Shown one piece after another: positions 29,092 through 39,668 of a DNA stretch of 64,000 bases. The DNA comes from an uncultured virus (IMG/VR IMGVR_UViG_3300030101_003124) (lineage: Duplodnaviria > Heunggongvirae > Uroviricota > Caudoviricetes > Crassvirales), in the IMG/VR virus record IMGVR_UViG_3300030101_003124, positions 1 to 64,000 of that record. One strand, written 5' to 3'. The position numbers and the translations under genes were made by a program. Under the pieces are notes generated by a model that had not been told where the DNA came from, searched no databases, and saw only the letters and a program-made list of their open reading frames with translations. The first letter of the stretch is position 1; every line of letters starts with the position of its first letter.

Positions 29092-29832
29092 ATGGAAAAA
29101 ACACAATTAAAAGACCAATTATGGGTCTTAAAAGGTAAAAAACAACCGTTAATAACGGTTATACAATCAAAACATACTAGAAATAAACCTCTATTATATT
29201 TTGATCAAGAAAAGGGTTACAATAGAGAATTAAGATACGCAACAAATCAAAAGTCTCCTTTTGCTGATGAGCAACAAGGAAATGCTACTTTAGGACATAT
29301 TGTATTTAGACGAGGAAAATTGTTTGTAGAAGGTGTAAAACCAAATTTACAAAAATTTTTAGAACTTCACCCTAAAAACAATGATTTGTTTGAGTTATAC
29401 GATGCTGTCGAAGAAGCTCAAGATGAAACAGCTTGGATAAATGCACAACTTGACGCTATGAATATGGCTAGAGAGTTAGATATAGAGCATTTAGAAGCTA
29501 TATTAAGAGTAGAATACGGTAATAAGGTATCAGAGATGAGTTCTAAGGAGCTTAAAAGAGATGCTTTAGTATTTGCTCAAAGACAACCATTAAACTTCTT
29601 AGCGTTAGCTAAAGACGATAATGTAGAAATTAGAAACTTTGGTGTAAAAGCCGTAGAAGCTAATATTATTCAATTATCAAACGATCAAAGAACGTTTAAA
29701 TGGACATCAAATGGTAGAAAACTAATGACTGTTCCTTTTGACGAACATCCATACTCTGCTTTGGCCTCTTGGTTTAAAACAGATGAAGGTTTAGAAATCT
29801 ACAAAGCAATAGAAAAAAAGATTAAAAAATAA
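29092..29832 (+). CDS. Hypothetical protein, 246 aa
   Basis: ORF track; structural operon. Confidence 0.75.
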   Translation: MEKTQLKDQLWVLKGKKQPLITVIQSKHTRNKPLLYFDQEKGYNRELRYATNQKSPFADEQQGNATLGHIVFRRGKLFVEGVKPNLQKFLELHPKNNDLFELYDAVEEAQDETAWINAQLDAMNMARELDIEHLEAILRVEYGNKVSEMSSKELKRDALVFAQRQPLNFLALAKDDNVEIRNFGVKAVEANIIQLSNDQRTFKWTSNGRKLMTVPFDEHPYSALASWFKTDEGLEIYKAIEKKIKK

Positions 29833-29840
29833 TTAATCAC

Positions 29841-29882
29841 TTATAGAGGTAACCATCTCTATGAGGTGGTTACTTACTATAA
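29841..29882 (+). other. Intergenic hairpin
   Basis: AGGTAACCATCTC-TAT-GAGGTGGTTACTT with outer TTATAG/CTATAA; no U-tract. Confidence 0.55.
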
Positions 29883-29894
29883 ATAAAAGAAATT

Positions 29895-30674
29895 ATGGCG
29901 GTAAACATAGATACTGTATATCAAAGAGTGCAAGCTATAGCAAATAAAGAACAAAGAGGTTATATAACACCACAAGAGTTTAACTTATTAGCTAACCAAG
30001 CTCAAATGGATATATTTGAACAATATTTTTATGATCAAAACGAACATGGTAGAAGACCTAGTAACGATACTACATATTCTGACATGTTAGATTTATTAGA
30101 AGAAAAAATTGATCATTTTGAAAGATATAGACAACCAGTCACTATGTCTACGCAAAGTGGTGAAGAAGGATTAGGTACTTTACCATCATACTATAGATTA
30201 GGTGAGTTATATTACAAAAAAGGTGCTGACTATTACGAAATAGAAAACGTTACTCAAAACGAAATACATCATTATCAAAGATCACCATTAACTGCACCAA
30301 CAGCCACAAGACCAATATATGTTAGGCATAGCGCTGTAACAGCAACAGGTCAAACAGGTACTACACTAAACGAAATTCCACTAGCTAGAACAATACAAGT
30401 TTATCCTATTACTATTACCAGTGGTGTGGTTTGTAATTATATAGCTAGACCACAAACAGTTAACTGGAACTATACTTTAGTTAACGGTTATCCATTATAT
30501 AACGCTACAGAAGGCGTTACAAACGGCACAAGACATTTTGAGCTACATCAGTCTGAAGAAACTGAATTAGTTATAAAAATATTAGCGCTAGCTGGTATAA
30601 CATTAAATGACGCAAACTTAGTTACATTAGCTGCTCAAGAAGATGTAAGAAACGAAACACAGAAAAAACAATAA
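29895..30674 (+). CDS. Putative head-tail adaptor or ring protein
   Basis: ANKEQRGYITPQEFNLLANQAQ; position after MCP. Confidence 0.6.
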   Translation: MAVNIDTVYQRVQAIANKEQRGYITPQEFNLLANQAQMDIFEQYFYDQNEHGRRPSNDTTYSDMLDLLEEKIDHFERYRQPVTMSTQSGEEGLGTLPSYYRLGELYYKKGADYYEIENVTQNEIHHYQRSPLTAPTATRPIYVRHSAVTATGQTGTTLNEIPLARTIQVYPITITSGVVCNYIARPQTVNWNYTLVNGYPLYNATEGVTNGTRHFELHQSEETELVIKILALAGITLNDANLVTLAAQEDVRNETQKKQ

Positions 30675-30677
30675 GCC

Positions 30678-31781
30678 ATGCCATTATTCACAGGAACACA
30701 ACAACAATATTACGATAATAGTCAAAGTTTTACCGCTACAGCGAACCAAACTGTATTTACTTTAACTTTTGATCCTTTACCTGCGATAGAAACTGAATTT
30801 ATAGTTTTTGTTAATGGTAATCAAATTAATAGTAATACATATTCTTACGCTGGTAACACCGGTGGTACTGCTGGTCAATTAACACTACCAGCTCAAGCAG
30901 CAGGTAATATTGTATTAGTAAGGCAAATAACAGAAAATGAATTATTAGGTAATTATCAATATATTGGTTTAAATGAATTGGTTAATAACTTTATAATAAG
31001 TTATGTTGGTGAAGAAAAATTAATAACTAAAGTAAAAAGAGCTGATGTAATATTCCATGCGTCACGAGGTATTGCTGAATTAAGTTATGATACATTAAGA
31101 TCTCATAAATCTCAAGAAATAGAATTACCACCAAGTTTAAAAATGAAATTACCACATGATTATGTTAACTATGTTAAAATATGTTATGCTGATAACAATG
31201 GTGTAGAAAGATTATTATATCCTTCAAGAAAAACAAGTAACCCAACAGCTTTATTACAAAGTGATGATTACGAATATTTATTTAATGAAGACGGAACACT
31301 TTTAAATGCTTTTGAATCTGACACTTGGGTTAATTATCAATCATCTGATAGAGCTTTAACTGATCCACAATACACTAGTGCTGATGATTACGATGATGAT
31401 AAACTTATATTTGAAGGTAAAAGATATGGTTTAGATCCAGAGTTTGCTCAAGCAAACGGTATATTCTATATTGATAAAAACAAAGGTTTTATACACTTTA
31501 GTAGTAATATGGTTGGTAAAATAATAACTTTAAAATACATAAGTGATAGCTTAGGTACTGAAGATGAAAAATTAGTACATAAATTTGCTGAAGAAGCAAT
31601 ATATAAACATATAGCTCATGCAATAATTGCTACAAGAGCTAATATGCCTGAATATCTTGTTCAAAGATTTAAAAGAGAACGCTATGCTGCTATTAGAAAC
31701 GCTAAGTTAAGATTATCTAACTTTAAGTCAGAAGAAATAGCACAAGTAATGAGAGGTAAATCTAAACAAATAAAACATTAG
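30678..31781 (+). CDS. Putative tail tubular or ring protein
   Basis: LPHDYVNYVKI, IHFSS..ITLKYISD; position. Confidence 0.6.
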   Translation: MPLFTGTQQQYYDNSQSFTATANQTVFTLTFDPLPAIETEFIVFVNGNQINSNTYSYAGNTGGTAGQLTLPAQAAGNIVLVRQITENELLGNYQYIGLNELVNNFIISYVGEEKLITKVKRADVIFHASRGIAELSYDTLRSHKSQEIELPPSLKMKLPHDYVNYVKICYADNNGVERLLYPSRKTSNPTALLQSDDYEYLFNEDGTLLNAFESDTWVNYQSSDRALTDPQYTSADDYDDDKLIFEGKRYGLDPEFAQANGIFYIDKNKGFIHFSSNMVGKIITLKYISDSLGTEDEKLVHKFAEEAIYKHIAHAIIATRANMPEYLVQRFKRERYAAIRNAKLRLSNFKSEEIAQVMRGKSKQIKH

Positions 31782-31784
31782 TAA

Positions 31785-34700
31785 ATGGCGGAAATAAAAA
31801 ATACGTTCACGTCGGGGAAAATGAATAAAGACCTCGACGAAAGATTAATTCCTAAAGGTGAATACAGAGACGCTTTAAACATAGATGTTGTCAACTCTGA
31901 AAGTTCAGATGTTGGTTCAATAGAAAATTGTTTTGGTACTGTTCAAAGGTCATTTTTAAGTCAAGTAGGTAATACTTGTATAGGTTCTTGTACGTATGGA
32001 AAAGAAGATAAAATATTATGGTTTATAAGAGGACCTGTTCAAGCTGGTACTGGTATAGATTTAATAGCTGAGTATAATGTTCAAACAGGCACGCCTAGAG
32101 CTGTTTTAGTTGATGTTTATCAGTGGAAAGGTGTTGTAGCTACAGCTAATCAAGGTTCTAATACAGTAGTTTTAGACGGAAGTATTGGTACATATAACAT
32201 TAGAAGAGATATGACCTTTACGATCGGTGTTAACGTATATACTGTAACAGCTGTAAACGGTAATAATATAACATTAGCTTCAAATTTAACAGCCGCTATA
32301 TCATCAGGAACAACAATAACATTTCACGCTGAAAGAGTTTTAAACTTTAGCGCTTTTGCAGATAGAAGAATTACTGGTATAAATGCTATAGATGGTTATT
32401 TATATTGGGCTGATGCTCAATCAGAGCCTAAAAAAATTAAAATAAAAAGATGTATATCTGGTACTCCAGATCCTATAAGCCACACTAAACACAGGGTTAA
32501 TGGTACAAATGTAGGTTATATAAAAGAAGAACATATAACTGTTATAAGAAAATATCCATTAGACGCTCCAACAATATCTATGTCTGATAGTCCTTTTACT
32601 GGAGCAATATCAGCAACCTGTACTACAGCTGCTGGTGTTTTTACATATAAAGATCAAGCTGGTAATACATTTCCTGTTCCAGCTGGTACTTCGCATGTAC
32701 CTACTGGTTTATTAGATTATTCAACATCTAGTAGTGGTTCTTCAAAAGTTATAGCACCTATAGCTTTTATTGGCAGTAACTTAGCTTTTGACGTTGGCCA
32801 TACTATTAAGTTAAAAGCTGATGCTACATTAAACGGTATAACAGAGGACTTAGAGGTTAGACTCGTTATAGACAATATACTTTCTCAAAATGCTACAGGA
32901 AAAACAACTCAAGTTACAATTGCTAGTATATCAGCGGGTATACCAAGTGCAGAATTAACATGGGTTGCAACACTAGAACAAGAAGATCCTTTTTATGAAT
33001 TAGTATTTCCTAGATTTGCTTATAGATGGAAGTATCAAGATGGAGAGTATTCAGCTATATCACCTTTTACAGACGCTGCGTTTTTACCAGAAAAGGTGTT
33101 TGGCTTTGATTACGATGCTCAAAATGGTTTTAATAAAGCAATGACTAACAATGTTAGAACAATCACACTTGGTGGTTGGGCTACAAAACCAGTTGATGTA
33201 ACTGAGGTTGATATATTATATAAAGAAGATGGTAAAACAGCTGTATACACTTTAGAAACATTAAAGAAAAATGAAATAACATTTGATATAACATCTGAGT
33301 TAATACACGCTTTATTACCTAGTAACCAAATGTTAAGACCTTATGATAACGTACCTCGTTACGCTAAAGCACAAGAAATAACTGGTAATAGATTACTTTA
33401 CGGAAACTATGTTCAACAATATGATTTGTTAGAAGACCCTGAGTTTGTTGTTAGTATTAATAGAACGCCTTGTCCTATTAAAATACCAAACCAATCACTT
33501 AAATCAATAAGAACATATCAAGTTGGTGTTGTATTCTTAGATAAATACGGTAGACAAACACCTGTATTTTCTTCAGATTCTGCAAACGTAACTCTTCACC
33601 AACAAGACTCTGACAAAATAAATAAACTTCAAGCTAGAATTACTACAGCTGCACCAAGTTGGGCTACTCACTATAAATATTACGTTAAAGAGCCATCTGC
33701 TGAATATTATAATTTAGCTATGGATCGTTGGTACGATGCTGAAGATGGTAATGTTTGGATCAGCTTTCCTTCAAGTGAAAGAAATAAAGTAGCTGTTGAT
33801 GATTATTTAATATTAAAGAAAGAACACTCTAGCAACGATCCTGTTTTTAGTGGTAGTGGTGGTACTATAAAGTATAAAATATTAGCTATAGATAATGAAG
33901 CGCCTGATTTTCTTAAACAAACAAAGTCTTCGTTAGGTAAAATTAATACTCAATACGGTAGAGGTCAAGCACCAACAGAAGGTTTTCCACAAAAAGACTT
34001 TAAAACAATAATGATACCTGGTGCTGATATAGCTAACAGTTCTTTAAAAAATATAGCAAGCGAATCAACTGGTGATAAATACCTTAGATTTGGTGACCAA
34101 TCTGGTAATGTTAGTGAATATTATGAAATATCATCTATAACTAGATATGATATAGGCGGTGATGGTGATTATGATGGTAGTGATGACTATTATGAAATAG
34201 AGTTAAAAACAGGTATGGGTGCTGACGTTAATTTTACTGGTACACCTACTAATAAAAAACCAAATTTAACTTTTGAGTGGTTTATAGAAGAATTAGATTT
34301 ATATAAAGCTGAGTTTGTAGGTAGATTTTTTATAAAAATAAACAAAGACTCTGCTTTAAGAAAACATTTATTAGATAAAGATGTTGATCAACAATATGTA
34401 ATAAAACATGAAGAACCTGTGTATTATTTAAAAGGTTCTAGAGATCAAGATGATTATAAAGGCGCACAGATTTTCTCTATTGATTACGGTACTACTCATA
34501 AACCTAGAGAATTTAGTGGTTACAATACTGGTAAAAGTTTTATACAAGGTAACAAAAAGGTAGATTTTAGATTAACTAACATGGGTCCTGAAACAGCCGC
34601 TTCTGGTTGGTATTATCCTGGTAAAAGTGAATTTAGAAATAATAATTACAAAATACACAGCGCTCTTAGAACTAATGGTACTTTGTTTAGATGGAAAGAT

Positions 34701-37700
34701 GATCCAGATCAAACAGTTTATGAAATACTAAATGTTCAAGCTGAGCATTTACACAACTGGAGTGATGAAGGCCAAGATTTAACTACATGGACAAACCAAA
34801 CAAAATGGACTACCAACCATGGTATTAGATATAAAATGACGTTAGACAAACAAGTAACTTGGTCTCCTGTAACGTCTCCAAATTCTGTGTCTTCGCCATC
34901 AAACCCTGATAGTAAAAATAAATTTGGTCAGAACGTTTTTCCGTTAACTAGATGGAAAAAAGGAGGTAGACATAGAAAATCGTTTACTGAACTTCAAATA
35001 TTAGAACAAAAGAACGACGAGGTTAGTTTTGTTTCAAGAAATCCAGCAATATTTGAAACTGAACCAAAAGAAAGAGCTGATTTAAATTTATATTACGAAA
35101 CTAAAAATACTTATCCTATATCTGATTTAGGTGTAGATAAAGAGCTAAGCTGGTATAATTGTTTTACTTTTGGTAATGGTGTAGAAAGTGATAGAATAAG
35201 AGATGACTTTAATGCTTCTAGGTTAGATAATGGCCCTAGAGTATCTACTGAGTTAGCAGAGCCATATAAGTCAGAGCGTAAAACAAATGGTTTAATATGG
35301 TCTGGTATATATAATAGTAATAGTAGAACCAATAATTTAAATCAATTTATACAAGCTGAAGCTATAACTAAAGATTTAAATCCTACTTACGGTAGTATAC
35401 AAAAGTTATTTTCTAGAAATACAAACGTATTAGCTTTTTGTGAAGATAAAGTTTTAAAAATACTAGCAAACAAAGACGCTTTATTCAATGCTGATGGTAG
35501 TAATAATTTAACAGCAACAAATAAAGTTTTAGGCCAGTCAATGCCTTTCTTAGCTGATCATGGTATATCTACGCATCCTGAGTCTTTTGCAGAATATGCT
35601 TTTAGAATATATTTTGCAGATTATCAAAGAAACGCTATATGTAGATTATCTAACGATGGTATAGAAGAAATAACTAGATATAGTATGACTGATTATTTTG
35701 GTGATGCTTTTAATGCTATTAGCTCTGGCGAATTAATAGTAGGTACTTATGATGAAGATAAACATAACTATAATATAACAATTAATAGTGAAAGAGTAGA
35801 TACAAATGTTCCTAGTACAACTAGTTTTACTGAAAAAGTAACTGGCTGGACAAGTAGAAAATCTTTTATACCTGAATCTGGCGTATCGTTAAATGGTTCT
35901 TATTATACGTTTAAAAACGGTGAAATATGGGAGCATAATGCAAATGCTACAAGAAACTCTTTTTATGGCGCTGCTGCTCAACCATCTACTGTTGATCTTA
36001 TATTTAACGATGAAGGTTCTAGTATTAAGAATTTTAAAACAATAAACTACGAAGGAACTACAAGTAGAGTTTATGATACAAGTCCTGGTAAAGAAACAGC
36101 TGTTACAACTCAAGGTTGGTACACGCCTACAATAACAACTGATCAACAAGATGGACATGTTAAATATTTTATTGAAAAAGAAGGTAAGTGGTACAACTAT
36201 ATAAAAGGTGTTTCAACTACTTGGGACAATAATTCGGGTTCTGGTAACCTAGATATTAGAGAGTTTTCAACACAAGGTATAGGTAATATTACAAGTAACG
36301 GTGTTGGTGGCGCTGCTCAAACAGTGCAAAACGTCACTGTATCTATTAATCCCACAACTAGCAATCCTAACTTTACAGCCTCAATACCTCAGATTATAAC
36401 CGCTACACCTGGTGAAACAGTTAATAACAGTTTAACATTTACACTATCACCTGTACATGGAAATGCTTTTTATCCTAGTCCAAACAACTTGACGTTTACT
36501 AGTGAAACAAGTAGCCCTGTTGCTGATGCAATGGGTACTCCAACTGGTTTAACAACTATAAAAGAAAATGGCGACATAGACGTAGTAATACCATTAAACT
36601 TTACTATGCCTTCGGCTAATCAATCAGTTACCGTTAACATAGCTGGTAGAGCTTTAAAATCTAGTAAAAGTATTAATGGTACACTAGATATTGTAGGAGA
36701 AAACTTTACAAAAGCGTTTACACCTTCTGGAGAAGCTTATAGCGGCACCGGTGCCCAAGGCAGTGGACCTGTTACTTTAAAAACAGTTGTATTAACAGCT
36801 GCTTCAAATCATAAGTTTAGTATATTACCAGCTTTAGATACAAGTGGTTTAAATGATGTAAACGATTATGATATAACAGTTACTGAAACCACAGGTAGTA
36901 TAGCTGGTGGTGATTTAACTGTTGTAACAATTGTTGTAAAATATACTTTCCCTGCTTCTAATGTTACTGGTGATGTTATAGGTATATTAGGAACAACTGA
37001 AACTACATTTGTTCCTTCTACAGATAAAATATATAACTATCAAATAAACGAAGCAAATATATCACATATAGGTGAAACAAGAAATTTAGTTTTATTTGGT
37101 GATCCGGGAGCTACCGTTACAATAGAAGCTGAAAACGCTGCAAGTACTTCTGAAAGCTTAATATCAGGTCCTAAGGTAGTGACTATAGCTTCTGCAACTG
37201 ATGAATTAACAGGTACTATAGCTGGTCAACATACTGAGGAAATATACTTCCCACCTATAACAGGAAGTTCTAATATAACTTATAATGTAACTTTAACAGA
37301 AACTTCTTCTGATTCTTTTCAGTTTAATTCTGGTAACTCACCAAAAGTAATAGCTTTAACACAAGCACCTTCAGTTAATGTTAATTTTGCAATATCAAAA
37401 ACAAGTACAACAAATCTAACAATACCTTCAACAGTATATACGTTTACTGGTAACGGTAGTAGTTATGATCCTAGAACACACGAGGGTTATGAAGATCCTG
37501 TTGTTTCTTGGGTTATTTCTTCTCAAAATAATAAATTATTTAGATTACCTGTTACACCTACAAACGCACATATAACAGAGGGTAGTACTAGCGGTGAAAC
37601 AAGATTATTAACAGGTGGAACTAAAGTTTTACCATTATTAGATATAACAGTTAACAATGCTGTTACTCCAGCTACAGCAACCGTAAACGGTGATTATTCA

Positions 37701-38480
37701 ATACACTTTTTAGGTACTAGCACTCAAACAGCTACTTTAAATTTAGATAATCTTATAAGTTTAAACACCGCGCCAACAACATCAAATAGTAGTTTTACAG
37801 CTAACTTAAACGGAGCTACAACACACGGTTTAACAGCAGCAGATGCTGATGGAGATAGTTTATCATACACTGTTGTTAACGCTCCTTCAAAAGGTACGCT
37901 TTCAATATCAACAAACGGTGTTGCAACATATACTAGAAACGTGGGTCAAACAGGAACTGACTTGTTTAGATTTAAAGTAAGTGACGGTTTACAAGATAGC
38001 AACACAGCAACCGTAAACATAACGCTTGGCTCGGGTAGTTTATTTAGTGTTAACACTGTTTATAAATGGAAAGATTTATCAGATACAGGAAATGAAACTA
38101 CAGAATATAACATGTCAGCTGTATTTAGTGGTACTTTAAATTCTACTAACTTAACATCAGGTAGTAGCAATGATATAACATTACAAGTTACGGACTGGGA
38201 TGTTAATGATACAAACGCTGGTGTTCCTACATATATGAACGACATATATGATTTCCATCAAGTATTATATAGACTTATAAACTCTTCTGGAACAACAGTA
38301 GCTAGTGGAGATATACCTATAAATCGTACAGGTTCAGGTAGTGGAACGTCAACGTTTAATAACAGTGAAAGAACAGGTGTGGTTAAAACTAACGTTCTTG
38401 ATACTAATCATAACAGTTTATCAGCTGAATCACACACTTTAGAAATAATATTAGTTTATAGAAACAACGCAACCCCATAA
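31785..38480 (+). CDS. Tail nozzle/muzzle (stabilisation-type) protein with Ig-like C-terminal extension
   Basis: N-terminal F.SGKMNKDLDERL.P.GEYRDALN; GISTHPESFA; cadherin/Big_9-like ADADGDSLSY..FKVSDG near 37764-38030. Confidence 0.7.
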   Translation: MAEIKNTFTSGKMNKDLDERLIPKGEYRDALNIDVVNSESSDVGSIENCFGTVQRSFLSQVGNTCIGSCTYGKEDKILWFIRGPVQAGTGIDLIAEYNVQTGTPRAVLVDVYQWKGVVATANQGSNTVVLDGSIGTYNIRRDMTFTIGVNVYTVTAVNGNNITLASNLTAAISSGTTITFHAERVLNFSAFADRRITGINAIDGYLYWADAQSEPKKIKIKRCISGTPDPISHTKHRVNGTNVGYIKEEHITVIRKYPLDAPTISMSDSPFTGAISATCTTAAGVFTYKDQAGNTFPVPAGTSHVPTGLLDYSTSSSGSSKVIAPIAFIGSNLAFDVGHTIKLKADATLNGITEDLEVRLVIDNILSQNATGKTTQVTIASISAGIPSAELTWVATLEQEDPFYELVFPRFAYRWKYQDGEYSAISPFTDAAFLPEKVFGFDYDAQNGFNKAMTNNVRTITLGGWATKPVDVTEVDILYKEDGKTAVYTLETLKKNEITFDITSELIHALLPSNQMLRPYDNVPRYAKAQEITGNRLLYGNYVQQYDLLEDPEFVVSINRTPCPIKIPNQSLKSIRTYQVGVVFLDKYGRQTPVFSSDSANVTLHQQDSDKINKLQARITTAAPSWATHYKYYVKEPSAEYYNLAMDRWYDAEDGNVWISFPSSERNKVAVDDYLILKKEHSSNDPVFSGSGGTIKYKILAIDNEAPDFLKQTKSSLGKINTQYGRGQAPTEGFPQKDFKTIMIPGADIANSSLKNIASESTGDKYLRFGDQSGNVSEYYEISSITRYDIGGDGDYDGSDDYYEIELKTGMGADVNFTGTPTNKKPNLTFEWFIEELDLYKAEFVGRFFIKINKDSALRKHLLDKDVDQQYVIKHEEPVYYLKGSRDQDDYKGAQIFSIDYGTTHKPREFSGYNTGKSFIQGNKKVDFRLTNMGPETAASGWYYPGKSEFRNNNYKIHSALRTNGTLFRWKDDPDQTVYEILNVQAEHLHNWSDEGQDLTTWTNQTKWTTNHGIRYKMTLDKQVTWSPVTSPNSVSSPSNPDSKNKFGQNVFPLTRWKKGGRHRKSFTELQILEQKNDEVSFVSRNPAIFETEPKERADLNLYYETKNTYPISDLGVDKELSWYNCFTFGNGVESDRIRDDFNASRLDNGPRVSTELAEPYKSERKTNGLIWSGIYNSNSRTNNLNQFIQAEAITKDLNPTYGSIQKLFSRNTNVLAFCEDKVLKILANKDALFNADGSNNLTATNKVLGQSMPFLADHGISTHPESFAEYAFRIYFADYQRNAICRLSNDGIEEITRYSMTDYFGDAFNAISSGELIVGTYDEDKHNYNITINSERVDTNVPSTTSFTEKVTGWTSRKSFIPESGVSLNGSYYTFKNGEIWEHNANATRNSFYGAAAQPSTVDLIFNDEGSSIKNFKTINYEGTTSRVYDTSPGKETAVTTQGWYTPTITTDQQDGHVKYFIEKEGKWYNYIKGVSTTWDNNSGSGNLDIREFSTQGIGNITSNGVGGAAQTVQNVTVSINPTTSNPNFTASIPQIITATPGETVNNSLTFTLSPVHGNAFYPSPNNLTFTSETSSPVADAMGTPTGLTTIKENGDIDVVIPLNFTMPSANQSVTVNIAGRALKSSKSINGTLDIVGENFTKAFTPSGEAYSGTGAQGSGPVTLKTVVLTAASNHKFSILPALDTSGLNDVNDYDITVTETTGSIAGGDLTVVTIVVKYTFPASNVTGDVIGILGTTETTFVPSTDKIYNYQINEANISHIGETRNLVLFGDPGATVTIEAENAASTSESLISGPKVVTIASATDELTGTIAGQHTEEIYFPPITGSSNITYNVTLTETSSDSFQFNSGNSPKVIALTQAPSVNVNFAISKTSTTNLTIPSTVYTFTGNGSSYDPRTHEGYEDPVVSWVISSQNNKLFRLPVTPTNAHITEGSTSGETRLLTGGTKVLPLLDITVNNAVTPATATVNGDYSIHFLGTSTQTATLNLDNLISLNTAPTTSNSSFTANLNGATTHGLTAADADGDSLSYTVVNAPSKGTLSISTNGVATYTRNVGQTGTDLFRFKVSDGLQDSNTATVNITLGSGSLFSVNTVYKWKDLSDTGNETTEYNMSAVFSGTLNSTNLTSGSSNDITLQVTDWDVNDTNAGVPTYMNDIYDFHQVLYRLINSSGTTVASGDIPINRTGSGSGTSTFNNSERTGVVKTNVLDTNHNSLSAESHTLEIILVYRNNATP

Positions 38481-38482
38481 TT

Positions 38483-38857
38483 ATGGCAACAGTAACATTA
38501 GAATTTGACAACCCAATAAACGAATCATTACAAGCTAAAGCGCTTAATATTGCTACAGCTACATCACAAGCTGATGAAGGTGCTTGGGATATTATATACT
38601 ATGTAAGTAATAATGGTTCTATAATAAGATTGGGTGAGTGTATAGCAATTGATACAGCAACGAACACTATTTCTGTAGAAGTTGACAACAGTGTACCTAG
38701 ACCAAACGATGGTAACTTTGTGTTTTTTGGTAAAGATGTACAGGCGGGAACATCGGGTGTTATAGGTTATTATGCTCAAGTACAGATGAGAAATGACTCT
38801 ACAGATAGAGCAGAACTGTTTGCAGTTAGCTCTGAAATCTTTATAAGTAGTAAATAA
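38483..38857 (+). CDS. Hypothetical structural protein, 124 aa
   Basis: ORF track; GYYAQVQMRND..AELFAV. Confidence 0.7.
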   Translation: MATVTLEFDNPINESLQAKALNIATATSQADEGAWDIIYYVSNNGSIIRLGECIAIDTATNTISVEVDNSVPRPNDGNFVFFGKDVQAGTSGVIGYYAQVQMRNDSTDRAELFAVSSEIFISSK

Positions 38858-38899
38858 ATGATAAAAAGTGTAATTATAAATATATAAATAAATAAGAAA

Positions 38900-39652
38900 A
38901 TGAGTAATTCACCAGCAAAATTATTTCCAGTAGCTTTAGCCATGCAGGCCGCAGGTGGCGTGTATAATATTGCTAAGGGTATAATAGGTAGTAAAAAAAG
39001 AAAACAAGAGCAAAGAGAAGCTCAAGGTGAGTATAATAGAATGAAGGATAAAATTCTTCAGCAAGATACTAGTAATCCTTACGCAAACATGGAAAACGCG
39101 TATGAAGATCTTACCGTTAATCAACAAATGAATGAGTTTAAAGCTCAACAACAAAATCAAGCTTTAGCTAATACAATGCAAACAATGAGTGCTTCAGCTG
39201 GTGGTAGCGGTATTGCTTCGTTAGCTCAGGCTATGGCTCAACAACAAACACAGAACATACAGGCAAATGCTGCTTCTATAGGTCAGCAAGAGCAAGCTAA
39301 TCAAATGAAAATGGCTCAAGGTGCTGAAAGAGTTGATTTGTTACAAAGAAAAGGAGAGATGATGTCTAGAGAGATGCAGGCTAATCAAAATAAAACAGAG
39401 TTTGGTTTTTCGGCTAATAGATTAGAAAAAGCTAATCAAGCTAGAGAAGAAGCTAGAAAAAATTTAGAATCTGGTATAGCTACAACAGCAACAGCTGGAA
39501 TGAAGCTAGGTAATATGTTCGGTAAATCAACTAAAATCGGTGGATTTGGTGGTGGTGGCCAAGACGGTTTAGGTGGAGGTTTCCAAAATCACCCGTTGTT
39601 ATTTGGTGAAGGTGGAGTACCGTTAAGATCAGATAATTCATATGGTACATAG
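38900..39652 (+). CDS. Putative ejection (DNA pilot-like) protein
   Basis: Hydrophobic A/G-rich N-terminus, Q/A/M-rich coiled coil. Confidence 0.6.
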   Translation: MSNSPAKLFPVALAMQAAGGVYNIAKGIIGSKKRKQEQREAQGEYNRMKDKILQQDTSNPYANMENAYEDLTVNQQMNEFKAQQQNQALANTMQTMSASAGGSGIASLAQAMAQQQTQNIQANAASIGQQEQANQMKMAQGAERVDLLQRKGEMMSREMQANQNKTEFGFSANRLEKANQAREEARKNLESGIATTATAGMKLGNMFGKSTKIGGFGGGGQDGLGGGFQNHPLLFGEGGVPLRSDNSYGT

Positions 39653-39668
39653 GATAAATAAATAAGAC

